Assembly (NCBI GenBank): GCA_963705295.1
Contig: OY970065.1
Location: 1,792,001-1,856,000, forward strand
DNA from: Parachlamydiales bacterium
GTDB lineage: Bacteria; Chlamydiota; Chlamydiia; Chlamydiales; Rhabdochlamydiaceae
Reading direction: 5' to 3'
DNA length: 64,000 nt
This document shows, in pieces, positions 56,139 to 64,000 of this stretch (position 1 is the first letter of the stretch; each line of letters starts with the position of its first letter). The translations under genes were made by a program, and so were the position numbers. Under the pieces are notes generated by a model. It saw only the letters and a list, made by a program, of their open reading frames with translations, did no database searches and had not been told where the DNA came from.

Positions 56139-57402
56139 AGATAAATGGTTTGACTTTGGATTCTAGCCGTCCGGGGATTTCGACGTGAAGCAAAATATCG
56201 TTCTCGTCGTAATCACTCGTGATCACTCTTCCTTCGCGCATGATTTCGCTCACCAAGGCATAATGACTTTGTGGAATGCGCAGGCGTACGGTTTTGCGGA
56301 GGGCTTGGATTTCATGGATCATCCGCTCCAACAACTGATCAAAACCTTCTCCTGTCACAGCCGAAATCTGAACGGTTTTCGGATACTTGACGCGGAATTG
56401 ATAAAGAATTCCTGGATTTGTACACGCATCGACTTTGTTTAAAACGGTGATCGTGGGCCGATCGGCTGCTTGGAGCTCTTTAAGAACATGGAGCGTCGCT
56501 TCCGCTTGCAACAGAGCCATCGGATTGCTCACGTCGATGATATGGAGCAAAATGTCGGTATGCACCGCTTCTTCCAGTGTGCTTTTGAAAGCGGCAACAA
56601 GGGTATGCGGTATTTTTCGAATAAATCCAACCGTATCGATGAGCAACACTTCTTGCCGGTTAGGTAAAATAAATTTTCTCGTTGTCGTATCGAGTGTTGC
56701 AAAAAGTTTATCTTCGACTAAAACGTTCGATTTTGTCAGAGCATTGAGAAGGGTCGATTTTCCGGCATTCGTATATCCAACAATGGCAAACGTGGGAATT
56801 CCGGTGCGGAGTCTTTGCCTGCGCTGCGTCTCCCGTTGTTTTTTAACCTCTTCGATCTCACTTTGGAGTTGTTGGACGCGGGTCTTAAGAAGTCTTCGGT
56901 CAATTTCAATTTGGAGCTCTCCTGCACCTCGCAGATAGGCGCCTGCTCCTCCGCCACCCGCTGTCTGTCTTGAAAGATGGGTCCACATTCTTTTCAAGCG
57001 GGGCAGTTGATATTTTACCTTGGCAAGTTCGACCTGCAAACGGGCTTCTCGTGTCTGAGCTCTCTGGGCAAACACTTCGATGATCAGTTCAGTCCGATCC
57101 ATCACGGGGCGAGAAAAAAACTTTTCGAGATTTCTTTGCTGATTCGGTGTGATGTCCTCATCGAACAAAATAATATCGACAGCCGATTCTTGAGCCTGTG
57201 CCAAAAGCTCTTCGAGCTTTCCAGAGCCGAGAAACATCCCCGCATCGATTTTTTTCAATAAACAAGGGACTTTATCAACGGCTGTAAGTCCATACGTCTC
57301 ACAAAGCCTTTCCAATTCGCGTAAATAATCTTCACAAGTAGGTTTATCCTTAACAGAAGAATAACTCCCGATAAGAAGGGCTGTTTTTGCATTTTTAAGC
57401 AT
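56125..57402 (-). CDS. hflX: GTPase HflX
   Basis: QQRNLE, GYTNAGKSTL, LFATLD, DTVGFI and NKVD motifs. Confidence 0.97.
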   Translation of the reverse strand: MLKNAKTALLIGSYSSVKDKPTCEDYLRELERLCETYGLTAVDKVPCLLKKIDAGMFLGSGKLEELLAQAQESAVDIILFDEDITPNQQRNLEKFFSRPVMDRTELIIEVFAQRAQTREARLQVELAKVKYQLPRLKRMWTHLSRQTAGGGGAGAYLRGAGELQIEIDRRLLKTRVQQLQSEIEEVKKQRETQRRQRLRTGIPTFAIVGYTNAGKSTLLNALTKSNVLVEDKLFATLDTTTRKFILPNRQEVLLIDTVGFIRKIPHTLVAAFKSTLEEAVHTDILLHIIDVSNPMALLQAEATLHVLKELQAADRPTITVLNKVDACTNPGILYQFRVKYPKTVQISAVTGEGFDQLLERMIHEIQALRKTVRLRIPQSHYALVSEIMREGRVITSDYDENDILLHVEIPGRLESKVKPFIYELA

Positions 57403-58135
57403 TGATGGATATCTCCAAACCGTCGTAGGCTAGTCGAATACGGGGTGGCAGTTTTGCTTTCGAATGATCGAGTTCGTGCGAAATATGGGTCAGCCATGTT
57501 TTTTTAGCGCCCACTTTTCCTGCAAACTCCGCAACTTCTTCCAACCCGAGGTGCGCCGGCGATGGTGTATATCTTAGTCCGCTCAAGACCAATACTTCAA
57601 CCCCTTTCAATTCCTCGAATACCCACTTGGAATAATTTTTCAGATCAACCACATAGGCGAAATTTCCTATCCGAAAACCTGTGATTTTCATCCCATTTTG
57701 CTCATAGCTCATCACACGCCACCGCTGTCCCTCAAACACCACCTCGCCAAAATCTTTCTCTAAAATTTGGAAGTCAAATTTTCCTAAGAGATACTCAGAC
57801 CGCTTTTTAAGATCCTCATACGACTGCTGCGACAGAAGACACGGCAGCCTTTTCTTTTGGCAAAAAACCCTCAGATCATCAATCCCTGCAATATGATCAT
57901 AATGCGTATGCGTGACGACAAGTCCAGCCAAATGATCGATACCAAACCGGAGAGCTTGCGTCCGAAAATCGGGCCCTACATCAAACAGAAACCACTTCCT
58001 TCCCCATTTTAAAACCCCCGACGGCCGCATCCTGTGATTCCGCTCATCCTTCGACCTGCACACCGCGCATTTGCATGCCACGACTGGAGTCCCCAATGAT
58101 CCCCCGGTCCCCAAAAACAGAAACGATTTTTTCAC
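57395..58135 (-). CDS. MBL-fold hydrolase (PhnP-like)
   Basis: FLGTG.S.G.P...C.C.VC, THTHYDH..G.DDLR and TH.SH motifs. Confidence 0.9.
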   Translation of the reverse strand: MKKSFLFLGTGGSLGTPVVACKCAVCRSKDERNHRMRPSGVLKWGRKWFLFDVGPDFRTQALRFGIDHLAGLVVTHTHYDHIAGIDDLRVFCQKKRLPCLLSQQSYEDLKKRSEYLLGKFDFQILEKDFGEVVFEGQRWRVMSYEQNGMKITGFRIGNFAYVVDLKNYSKWVFEELKGVEVLVLSGLRYTPSPAHLGLEEVAEFAGKVGAKKTWLTHISHELDHSKAKLPPRIRLAYDGLEISINA

Positions 58136-58207
58136 AACTCCTCTCCGAATTCAAAAAAGTATGTTGTATAAAAGAGATTTATCCGTCTATAGATTGAAAG
58201 ACAGAAA

Positions 58208-58328
58208 AACATGATATGAAGGATATAATGATATGAAGGATGGAAATTTCCAAAATTAGCAAGGAATTCACGAATCAAATGTCCCTTCTTTTTATCCTCC
58301 AAATCCTAAATATCCTTCATATCATGTT
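58208..58328. repeat. Intergenic inverted repeat, divergent member of the CAGGAT family
   Basis: aacatgatatgaaggatat (58208-58226) / atatccttcatatcatgtt (58310-58328), a perfect 19 bp match. The left arm has a tandem atgatatgaaggat. Confidence 0.75.
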
Positions 58329-58360
58329 CTCTTTCTCTAGTTATGCAACCCAATATCTTA

Positions 58361-58609
58361 TCATTTCTTAGCTAATCTTTTGAAAGGCGCTGCCTTTTCT
58401 CTAACAAATTCTTCAAGCAAATCATCAAATTCATCATTTTGAATATCTTTAGCCATCTTCTTTTTTTTATGCATATTAAGATTGGGCAGATGTTCGATGA
58501 CAAATTGTCTTAATGTTATACCTTCTTTTGCTGCTAACATTTTTAAATAAGTATGCTGTTTAGCAGGAAAGTCTATGGTTAATCTTACCGTATCGTGTTT
58601 GTGTGTCAT
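58361..58609 (-). CDS. Small ribbon-helix-helix-like DNA-binding protein / putative antitoxin
   Basis: GGAGG RBS; VRLTIDF...QH..LK..AA..G.TL..F pattern; C-terminal F.RLA. Confidence 0.6.
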   Translation of the reverse strand: MTHKHDTVRLTIDFPAKQHTYLKMLAAKEGITLRQFVIEHLPNLNMHKKKKMAKDIQNDEFDDLLEEFVREKAAPFKRLAKK

Positions 58610-58660
58610 ACACCTCCATAAAAATATAAGTTTACCGTATCGCCGTAAATAAGTCAACCT

Positions 58661-59542
58661 TCACAAGTTATTTATTTTCAATAACTTAGCGATTTGTGAA
58701 CCTAAATATCCATGATAAAGAAGGCCGCGAGAGCCGAGAGCTGTGATCACCCAAGTATTCGGAAGCAGTTGCTCTATGATCGGAAAATAATGTGCAGGGT
58801 TGGTGACGCGGATGCCGGCGCGGCAATGGATGACTTCACCTTCGGGTTGTAGGAGATTGATTGCGGTTTCTAAGCATGGTTTGTCATCGGTAAAGTCGCG
58901 CTCATAGGTTGCACCCCAATGGCAAAGATCGGGCGTGGCGGTGATAGCTTGGTATTTTTTTGCTGAGATACTTCTTTCCAACGGGGCGTTGAGCTTGCAT
59001 GTTAAAACCTGTCCTTTCACGAAATTGATTTTGAGGCTTTGGCACTGGGGGAATTGACGGATCCCAGCACCTGCAGCTAAAACAACACTATCGAAATCCC
59101 GGAGCTCATTCAAGGTTTTGATTTTTTGGTGAATGAGTTTTGCTCCTCTTTTTTGACAAGCTCGCCAAAGTCCTTCGAGATAAAGTTCGGGGAAAACCGT
59201 CACTCCTGATTTAATTAAAAAAGTAGTGGGCCCAAGCATTTCGACATCGTCGCCGAGAAAGCACTCGCCGATTTTGAGAATGCCCCCCGTATGGCAAACG
59301 GGCTTTCCTATTTCTGTTTCTGAGATTTCTAAGAGGTGCCGGGCGAGTGAAAGGGCTTCATCCGCATGCCAACTTCTCCGTCCTTTCTCGCCCGGATACG
59401 GATTTAAGAGTCCGGAGGAAATTCCTGAAGCGCCGCCACCTACCCCTTTCTCATCAAAAACGGTTACCTGAAAATGCTCCGATAAAAAATAAGCCGCACC
59501 CAGTCCAGCAAATCCAGCGCCAATGATACCGACGCTTCTCAT
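58661..59542 (-). CDS. FAD-dependent oxidoreductase (DAO/MnmC C-terminal-like)
   Basis: IIGAGFAG, GASG...G, KGQ, GAT, RAGIR and LGSRGL motifs. Confidence 0.85.
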   Translation of the reverse strand: MRSVGIIGAGFAGLGAAYFLSEHFQVTVFDEKGVGGGASGISSGLLNPYPGEKGRRSWHADEALSLARHLLEISETEIGKPVCHTGGILKIGECFLGDDVEMLGPTTFLIKSGVTVFPELYLEGLWRACQKRGAKLIHQKIKTLNELRDFDSVVLAAGAGIRQFPQCQSLKINFVKGQVLTCKLNAPLERSISAKKYQAITATPDLCHWGATYERDFTDDKPCLETAINLLQPEGEVIHCRAGIRVTNPAHYFPIIEQLLPNTWVITALGSRGLLYHGYLGSQIAKLLKINNL

Positions 59543-60297
59543 CACCAAATGATTCCAACATGGCCAGATAGAGGTAGGGGATCCGGAGGACATCTATCGA
59601 TAATTCCTTGAATGAGTGGCAAATACTCATCGGCTATCTTGTTATGGATTGAAAGGATACGAAACAATGTTTGTAATTCAGAAAGTGATTTTGTCTGATA
59701 AAAATAAAGCTTCCCATCGAAACCTTGAGTTTTTAAATACTTCAAAAAAACTTCATCTCTTTCATAATAAATACATAGAGCTACTTGACCATCGTGAAAT
59801 CCTAGCAAGTCGAAACCACTCACGAAGGAACCTGGTGTCGTACTTCGAAACAACATTTCCCTTCGTAAAGGAGTTCCTCTATCAAAAATATGATTCCAAT
59901 CGCCGTTGATATGTTTGAAAACAGCAGGAACTCCCGGATAAGGAGGAGGAATCGCTTCACTCTTAACCTCTGCTAAGGCCTCTGCTAAGACCAGGGGGTG
60001 TTTTGGTAAATCTTCTATTTCTTTCTCATGGCCAAATAAGCGCGCAACTAAATCTCGGATTGTATGATCAGGAGCATAGAATGTAACCTCTCCATTACAA
60101 ATTAAACATTTTCCTTTTAAAGTGCACCGACCGTCAACAATCGGACCGTACATTTTCACAGCAGCCGCACGATTGACTTTGTGACAGCACCGAAACAAAG
60201 TAACGGCTTCAATGAGAGGATCATGTCCGAAAGGACAGGTCAAAGTATTTAAAAATCCTTTAACATCAAAACTAACAGGTTTGGAAGCAGTAGCCAT
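59542..60297 (-). CDS. Protein with N-terminal RING/U-box-like domain (candidate effector)
   Basis: Start reassigned to MATASKP. LTCPFGHDPLIEAVTLFRCCH...CLIC...D..IRDLV resembles RING/U-box spacing. Confidence 0.6.
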   Translation of the reverse strand: MATASKPVSFDVKGFLNTLTCPFGHDPLIEAVTLFRCCHKVNRAAAVKMYGPIVDGRCTLKGKCLICNGEVTFYAPDHTIRDLVARLFGHEKEIEDLPKHPLVLAEALAEVKSEAIPPPYPGVPAVFKHINGDWNHIFDRGTPLRREMLFRSTTPGSFVSGFDLLGFHDGQVALCIYYERDEVFLKYLKTQGFDGKLYFYQTKSLSELQTLFRILSIHNKIADEYLPLIQGIIDRCPPDPLPLSGHVGIIW

Positions 60298-60313
60298 AGG
60301 GAGAACAAGAATA

Positions 60314-61477
60314 TTAGATCTTCGGGCCGTTGTAAAGGTATTTGGGGCGGACGATGGGGGTTCCCTTGCCGCCGCGGGCTTCGAGACGCTCGTAGACGAT
60401 TTGGCGGGAGATTCCGACGATACGGGAGAGGCCAAAAAGCATTGTAAAATATTCTGGATAATCGAAGCCGGAGACGACGAGGAGGGTGCCGGAGATAGCA
60501 TCGATATTCGGATGGGGGTCGGAGATTTTGGGGTTTTCTTCCAGGACTTTCGTCCCCTCGGTTCTGAGAAGAAGGGCAATTTTTACAAGGGGATGATCAG
60601 GATAATGTTTTTGAAGAAATTCATAGATCACCTTGGCCCGTGGATCTTCGACCCGGAGGACCGCATGTCCAAATCCAAAAACGAGTTGATTGGAAGAGAG
60701 TCTTTTTCGGATGAGGTTTTCTACTTGAGAAGGAGATGCGTTGTCACCGAGTTCTTTTAAAACATCTCGAAGAAACTCGAGACAGTCTTGATTGGCCCTG
60801 CCATGACGGGGACCGGCTAAGGCACACATAGCTCCGCATATTGAACCGTACATATCTTCGAGACCAGAGGCGATTGCTTTTCCCACAAAGGCCGAGAGAT
60901 TTCCCCCTCCATGGTCGTAGTGAACAATGTTGAAAAGTCTAAAAGCTTCGGTGAGTTTTGCCAAATCTTTTCCCGGGACATTGACCATCGCCGAAAAATT
61001 CTCCATGTAGCCGAGATCGGGCCTAGGTGTAGGGGTATCTCCCCAACCAGCATGGTGGTTGATAACCGTTGCAACAAGGTGTGGAACCTTGGCAATCAAG
61101 TTAAGGCAATCTTCCCGATAATCGCCGATCTTTTCAAACATTCCCAAAATCAAAAGAGCCGCTGAGAAAAGCTTCATCGGATGGCCTTGCCTAGGAAGCT
61201 TCTGGATACTTTGGACTGTTTCAGGCTTGAGTGTCGCCCTTCTTTGCAAATCGGCGAAAAACTGACGTATCTCTTCTCCATTCCCTTCTTTTCCGAAAAC
61301 CAAAAGATAGATCACTTCTTCGGGTCTTTTCATCACGAGCTGTTCGACAGGTCTTCCCCCATAGAGAAGTCCTTTTACTGGATCGACGGTCGAGGTTGGA
61401 CAATACCCGACAGGAACTCCTCGTAGTCCTGTCTCGAGATTTTCTTTAGTGATGGTAAATAAAACTTCGTCTGTCAT
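60314..61477 (-). CDS. gltA: Citrate synthase
   Basis: [36 protein letters not shown] and PNIDA motifs. Confidence 0.95.
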   Translation of the reverse strand: MTDEVLFTITKENLETGLRGVPVGYCPTSTVDPVKGLLYGGRPVEQLVMKRPEEVIYLLVFGKEGNGEEIRQFFADLQRRATLKPETVQSIQKLPRQGHPMKLFSAALLILGMFEKIGDYREDCLNLIAKVPHLVATVINHHAGWGDTPTPRPDLGYMENFSAMVNVPGKDLAKLTEAFRLFNIVHYDHGGGNLSAFVGKAIASGLEDMYGSICGAMCALAGPRHGRANQDCLEFLRDVLKELGDNASPSQVENLIRKRLSSNQLVFGFGHAVLRVEDPRAKVIYEFLQKHYPDHPLVKIALLLRTEGTKVLEENPKISDPHPNIDAISGTLLVVSGFDYPEYFTMLFGLSRIVGISRQIVYERLEARGGKGTPIVRPKYLYNGPKI

Positions 61478-62454
61478 AAGAGATTTTTCACCATCTCACG
61501 TTCTTCAAGAAGTTCTTTTTCTGTGAGTCCAATCTTCTTCTTGAGGAAATCATCCCAGGGTACATCTTTCACAATTTCAATATGACCATTTCCAGAACTA
61601 CGACACGGAAAAGAAAACACTATGCCAGGCTTGATTCCATACAGATTACCGTCGGAGAGAACTGCCATAGAAAACCACTGGCCGGGCTCCGTCGGTTGTA
61701 TCAACGACTTCATCCCATCCAAGGCGGCACTTGCCGCAGAAGCAGCGGAGGATTTCCCCCGCGCTGCAATGACAACAGCCCCTCTTTTTTGAACCTGAGA
61801 GACAAAATCTTCTTCGAGCCATTTTCGATCTTTAATGACATCAAGGGCTGGTTTCCCATAAATACGGGCATTCACAAAATCGGGAACTTGCGTCGACGAA
61901 TGATTCCCCCAAATGGTCATGTGCGTCACAGCAGCCACAGGTACCTGGGCTTTTTGAGCCAGCAGCGAAACGCTTCGATTTTGATCGAGACGGGTCATTG
62001 CAAAAAAGCGGTGTTTTTGGGCATTTTTTTGGGCGATCAGACAATTGGTGTTGCACGGATTTCCGACCACAAGAATCACAGCCCCTTCTGCTGCAACCTG
62101 GCCCAAAGCCTTCCCCTGCTCGACAAAGATCTGCCCATTTTCGGCCAGAAGATCTTTCCGCTCCATTCCAGGACCACGCGGTTTGGCTCCCACCAAAAAT
62201 ACGGTATCGACACCCTCGAAAACCTCTCTTGGATCAGAGCCTATCTTCACCCCTTGCAACAGAGGAAAAGCACAGTCTTCAAGCTCCATGACAACACCTT
62301 TCAGACCCTCGACAACCGCCGGAACTTCTAAAAGATGTAAAATGATCGGCTGCTCGGGACCGAAGAGCTGCCCGCTGGCGATTCGAAAGAGCAAACTATA
62401 CGCAATTTGCCCTGCACCACCCGTGACTCCAACCCGTTTGACATTCTTGTCCAT
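61474..62454 (-). CDS. mdh: Malate dehydrogenase
   Basis: [40 protein letters not shown] and ARG.SSAASAA. Confidence 0.97.
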   Translation of the reverse strand: MDKNVKRVGVTGGAGQIAYSLLFRIASGQLFGPEQPIILHLLEVPAVVEGLKGVVMELEDCAFPLLQGVKIGSDPREVFEGVDTVFLVGAKPRGPGMERKDLLAENGQIFVEQGKALGQVAAEGAVILVVGNPCNTNCLIAQKNAQKHRFFAMTRLDQNRSVSLLAQKAQVPVAAVTHMTIWGNHSSTQVPDFVNARIYGKPALDVIKDRKWLEEDFVSQVQKRGAVVIAARGKSSAASAASAALDGMKSLIQPTEPGQWFSMAVLSDGNLYGIKPGIVFSFPCRSSGNGHIEIVKDVPWDDFLKKKIGLTEKELLEEREMVKNLL

Positions 62455-62499
62455 CAAACCGGATTCTAGGAGATAATTCGAAAAACTGCAATAAAAGGA

Positions 62500-62573
62500 T
62501 GCGGCCACCTGGATTTGAACTAGGGACCTCGACATTATCAGTGTCGCGCTCTAACCAACTGAGCTATGACCGC
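62500..62573 (-). tRNA. tRNA-Ile (GAT)
   Basis: GCGGTCA TAGCTCAGTTGGTTAGAGC GCGACA CTGATAA TGTCG AGGTC CCTAG TTCAAAT CCAGG TGGCCGC A folds as a cloverleaf; CCA not encoded. Confidence 0.95.
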
Positions 62574-62587
62574 ATGATAGACTAACT

Positions 62588-62660
62588 TGGAGGTTAGGAG
62601 ACTCGAACTCCTGACCCTCTGAATGCAAATCAGATGCTCTACCAACTGAGCTAAACCCCC
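62588..62660 (-). tRNA. tRNA-Ala (TGC)
   Basis: Cloverleaf with anticodon loop TTTGCAT and the G3:U70 alanine identity pair. Confidence 0.96.
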
Positions 62661-62752
62661 CAAAACTAACCTAGAATACCATATCTGGAGATTATGGTTT
62701 TACGCAATCTTTTTCCTTGAATCTATACCTCTAAAAAATTTAAATAAAGATT

Positions 62753-63124
62753 ATGAACCTTAGAAAATATGCAAAAATTTTTGGTATTGTTTTAGCAGTC
62801 CTCGGGATTTTAGGATTTATTCCTGGGTTTACGAGTAACGATCATCTGCTGGGCATCTTCTTCGTGAACGGTTTTCTCAATTTATTCCATTTAGTGACGG
62901 GTATCATCGGCTTTGTTGTCGGGTCTGCCGGAACACGTCCTAGTAGATTTTTCTTTCAAATTACTGGTGTGGTCTATGGTGTCCTGGCTTTTGTTGGACT
63001 TGGGTTTGGATTCGGCTTTATTCTTGGTTTTATAGCCAATGATATGGCAGATAGCATCCTTCATCTCGTCCTTGCTTTGATCTCTCTGTATTTGGGATTT
63101 TTATTTAAGCAGGCCAAAGAATGA
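62753..63124 (+). CDS. DUF4383-like membrane protein
   Basis: G.LGFIPG, LLG.F.VN...N..HL..G and AD..LHL motifs; four hydrophobic helices. Confidence 0.75.
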   Translation: MNLRKYAKIFGIVLAVLGILGFIPGFTSNDHLLGIFFVNGFLNLFHLVTGIIGFVVGSAGTRPSRFFFQITGVVYGVLAFVGLGFGFGFILGFIANDMADSILHLVLALISLYLGFLFKQAKE

Positions 63125-63816
63125 TTTTAATCCGGAAGTCAAAAGACAGGGGTCATGCCAATTACAAATGGTTAGATAGCTACCATACGTTCTCTTTTTC
63201 CACATACCACGATCCTGCCCACATGCAATTTGGAGTGCTCCGTGTGATCAATGAAGATCGGATTGCACCATCGCGGGGATTTGACTTGCACAACCACGAA
63301 AATATGGAAATCGTCACGTATGTGATCGAAGGATCCCTGAAACACATCGACAATCTCGGTCATACAACGTTGATTCGAACCGGCGATGTTCAACGGATGA
63401 GCGCCGGAACAGGAATCGAGCACGGTGAATTCAATGGATCGGATAAAGATTTTGTCCACATGCTCCAGATTTGGATTTTTCCCGAGAAAAACGGTTTGAC
63501 CCCCAGTTATGAGCAAAAAAATTTCCCCGATCTTAAAAACCGCCTCTGTCTTGTGGTTTCAAAAAAAGGAGAAGACGGCTCTCTGACAATCCATCAAGAT
63601 GTCAAGATTTTTGCCTCCCGCCTTGAAGACAAAGAGATTGTGTATGAACCCAAGAGATCGGTTTGGATTCAAGTGATCGAAGGTCCACTGACGTGCAATG
63701 GAACTGTTTTGCAAACCGGCGATGGTGCTCAAATCACCGATGAGAACAAGCTTGTGCTCACTAGCCCCAAATCACATTTTCTTCTCTTTGATCTTCCGAA
63801 AGTACGTAGTAGCTAA
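63121..63816 (+). CDS. Pirin family protein (YhhW-like)
   Basis: RG.A...WL.S.HTFSF, LRVINED, H.H.NMEI, MSAGTGI.H.E and LQIWI motifs. Confidence 0.93.
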   Translation: MILIRKSKDRGHANYKWLDSYHTFSFSTYHDPAHMQFGVLRVINEDRIAPSRGFDLHNHENMEIVTYVIEGSLKHIDNLGHTTLIRTGDVQRMSAGTGIEHGEFNGSDKDFVHMLQIWIFPEKNGLTPSYEQKNFPDLKNRLCLVVSKKGEDGSLTIHQDVKIFASRLEDKEIVYEPKRSVWIQVIEGPLTCNGTVLQTGDGAQITDENKLVLTSPKSHFLLFDLPKVRSS

Positions 63817-64000
63817 TTCTATAGCACCTCTTGTAGCCGGGGTTTTTGCAAGACGATTCAGCATCATAAAATCATGGAACGTTCCTAAAAAGCGGACTGC
63901 AGTCACCTCCACTTCCGCCTCCATCAGTCGGTGGGCGTACGCCTCGCCTTCATCTCTTAAAACGTCATTTTCATCCGTGATAATCAAAGCCGGCGGCAGT
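63772..64000 (-). CDS. Alpha/beta hydrolase (HSL-type esterase), 3' part only
   Basis: LPPALII..E.DVLRDEGEAYA..L...G..HDF. Confidence 0.85.
   Translation of the reverse strand, partial: LPPALIITDENDVLRDEGEAYAHRLMEAEVEVTAVRFLGTFHDFMMLNRLAKTPATRGAIELATTYFRKIKEKKM

Noticed and set aside
60212..62476. Long plus-strand ORFs (182, 249 and 143 aa) opposite gltA and mdh, and the 94 aa extension of the RING-like ORF
   Set aside because: These are antisense or overlapping shadows of well-conserved genes and carry no motifs of their own.
62500..62660. tRNA-Ala/tRNA-Ile pair as an rRNA spacer or island integration site; A:C mismatch in the tRNA-Ile T-stem
   Set aside because: There is no rRNA sequence on either side and I found no duplicated tRNA 3' end in the window. 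A single stem mismatch is not enough to call the tRNA defective.

Overview
This 64 kb chromosomal window most likely comes from an environmental member of the phylum Chlamydiota. The evidence is inference from gene content: a chlamydial-type glgB / conserved hypothetical / mtaB ... hflX / phnP-like backbone, a 43-kDa-family hydrolase, F-box-, RING- and Inc-like proteins, and citrate synthase, which Chlamydiaceae lack. Housekeeping genes (ligA, glgB, mtaB, hflX, radC, gltA, mdh, fumC, tRNA-Ala, tRNA-Ile) are mixed with accessory DNA. Highlights: (1) A ~6.1 kb four-gene lipid-biosynthesis cassette (CdsA/YnbB-like, YnbA-like CDP-alcohol transferase, a PLP-enzyme-SDR fusion, and an acyl-AMP ligase-ACP-acyltransferase) is bounded by direct repeats of the radC 3' end and has no integrase. 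(2) A family of 160-181 bp TA-flanked palindromic miniature elements has interchangeable ends and interiors; one copy sits in frame inside a malic enzyme gene in place of a large part of the protein, and two others supply gene stop codons. (3) A second, CAGGAT-based REP-like palindrome family is present. (4) An NHEJ system has LigD split into three genes and a PolX-PHP gene in the Ku operon. (5) An IS110 element has a single amber stop and structured non-coding ends. (6) Other accessory genes include an 11-repeat PATR autotransporter, a class D beta-lactamase, an oxalate decarboxylase and several candidate host-directed effectors. No CRISPR array or rRNA was seen. All functional calls come from motif recognition by eye; no database searches were run.
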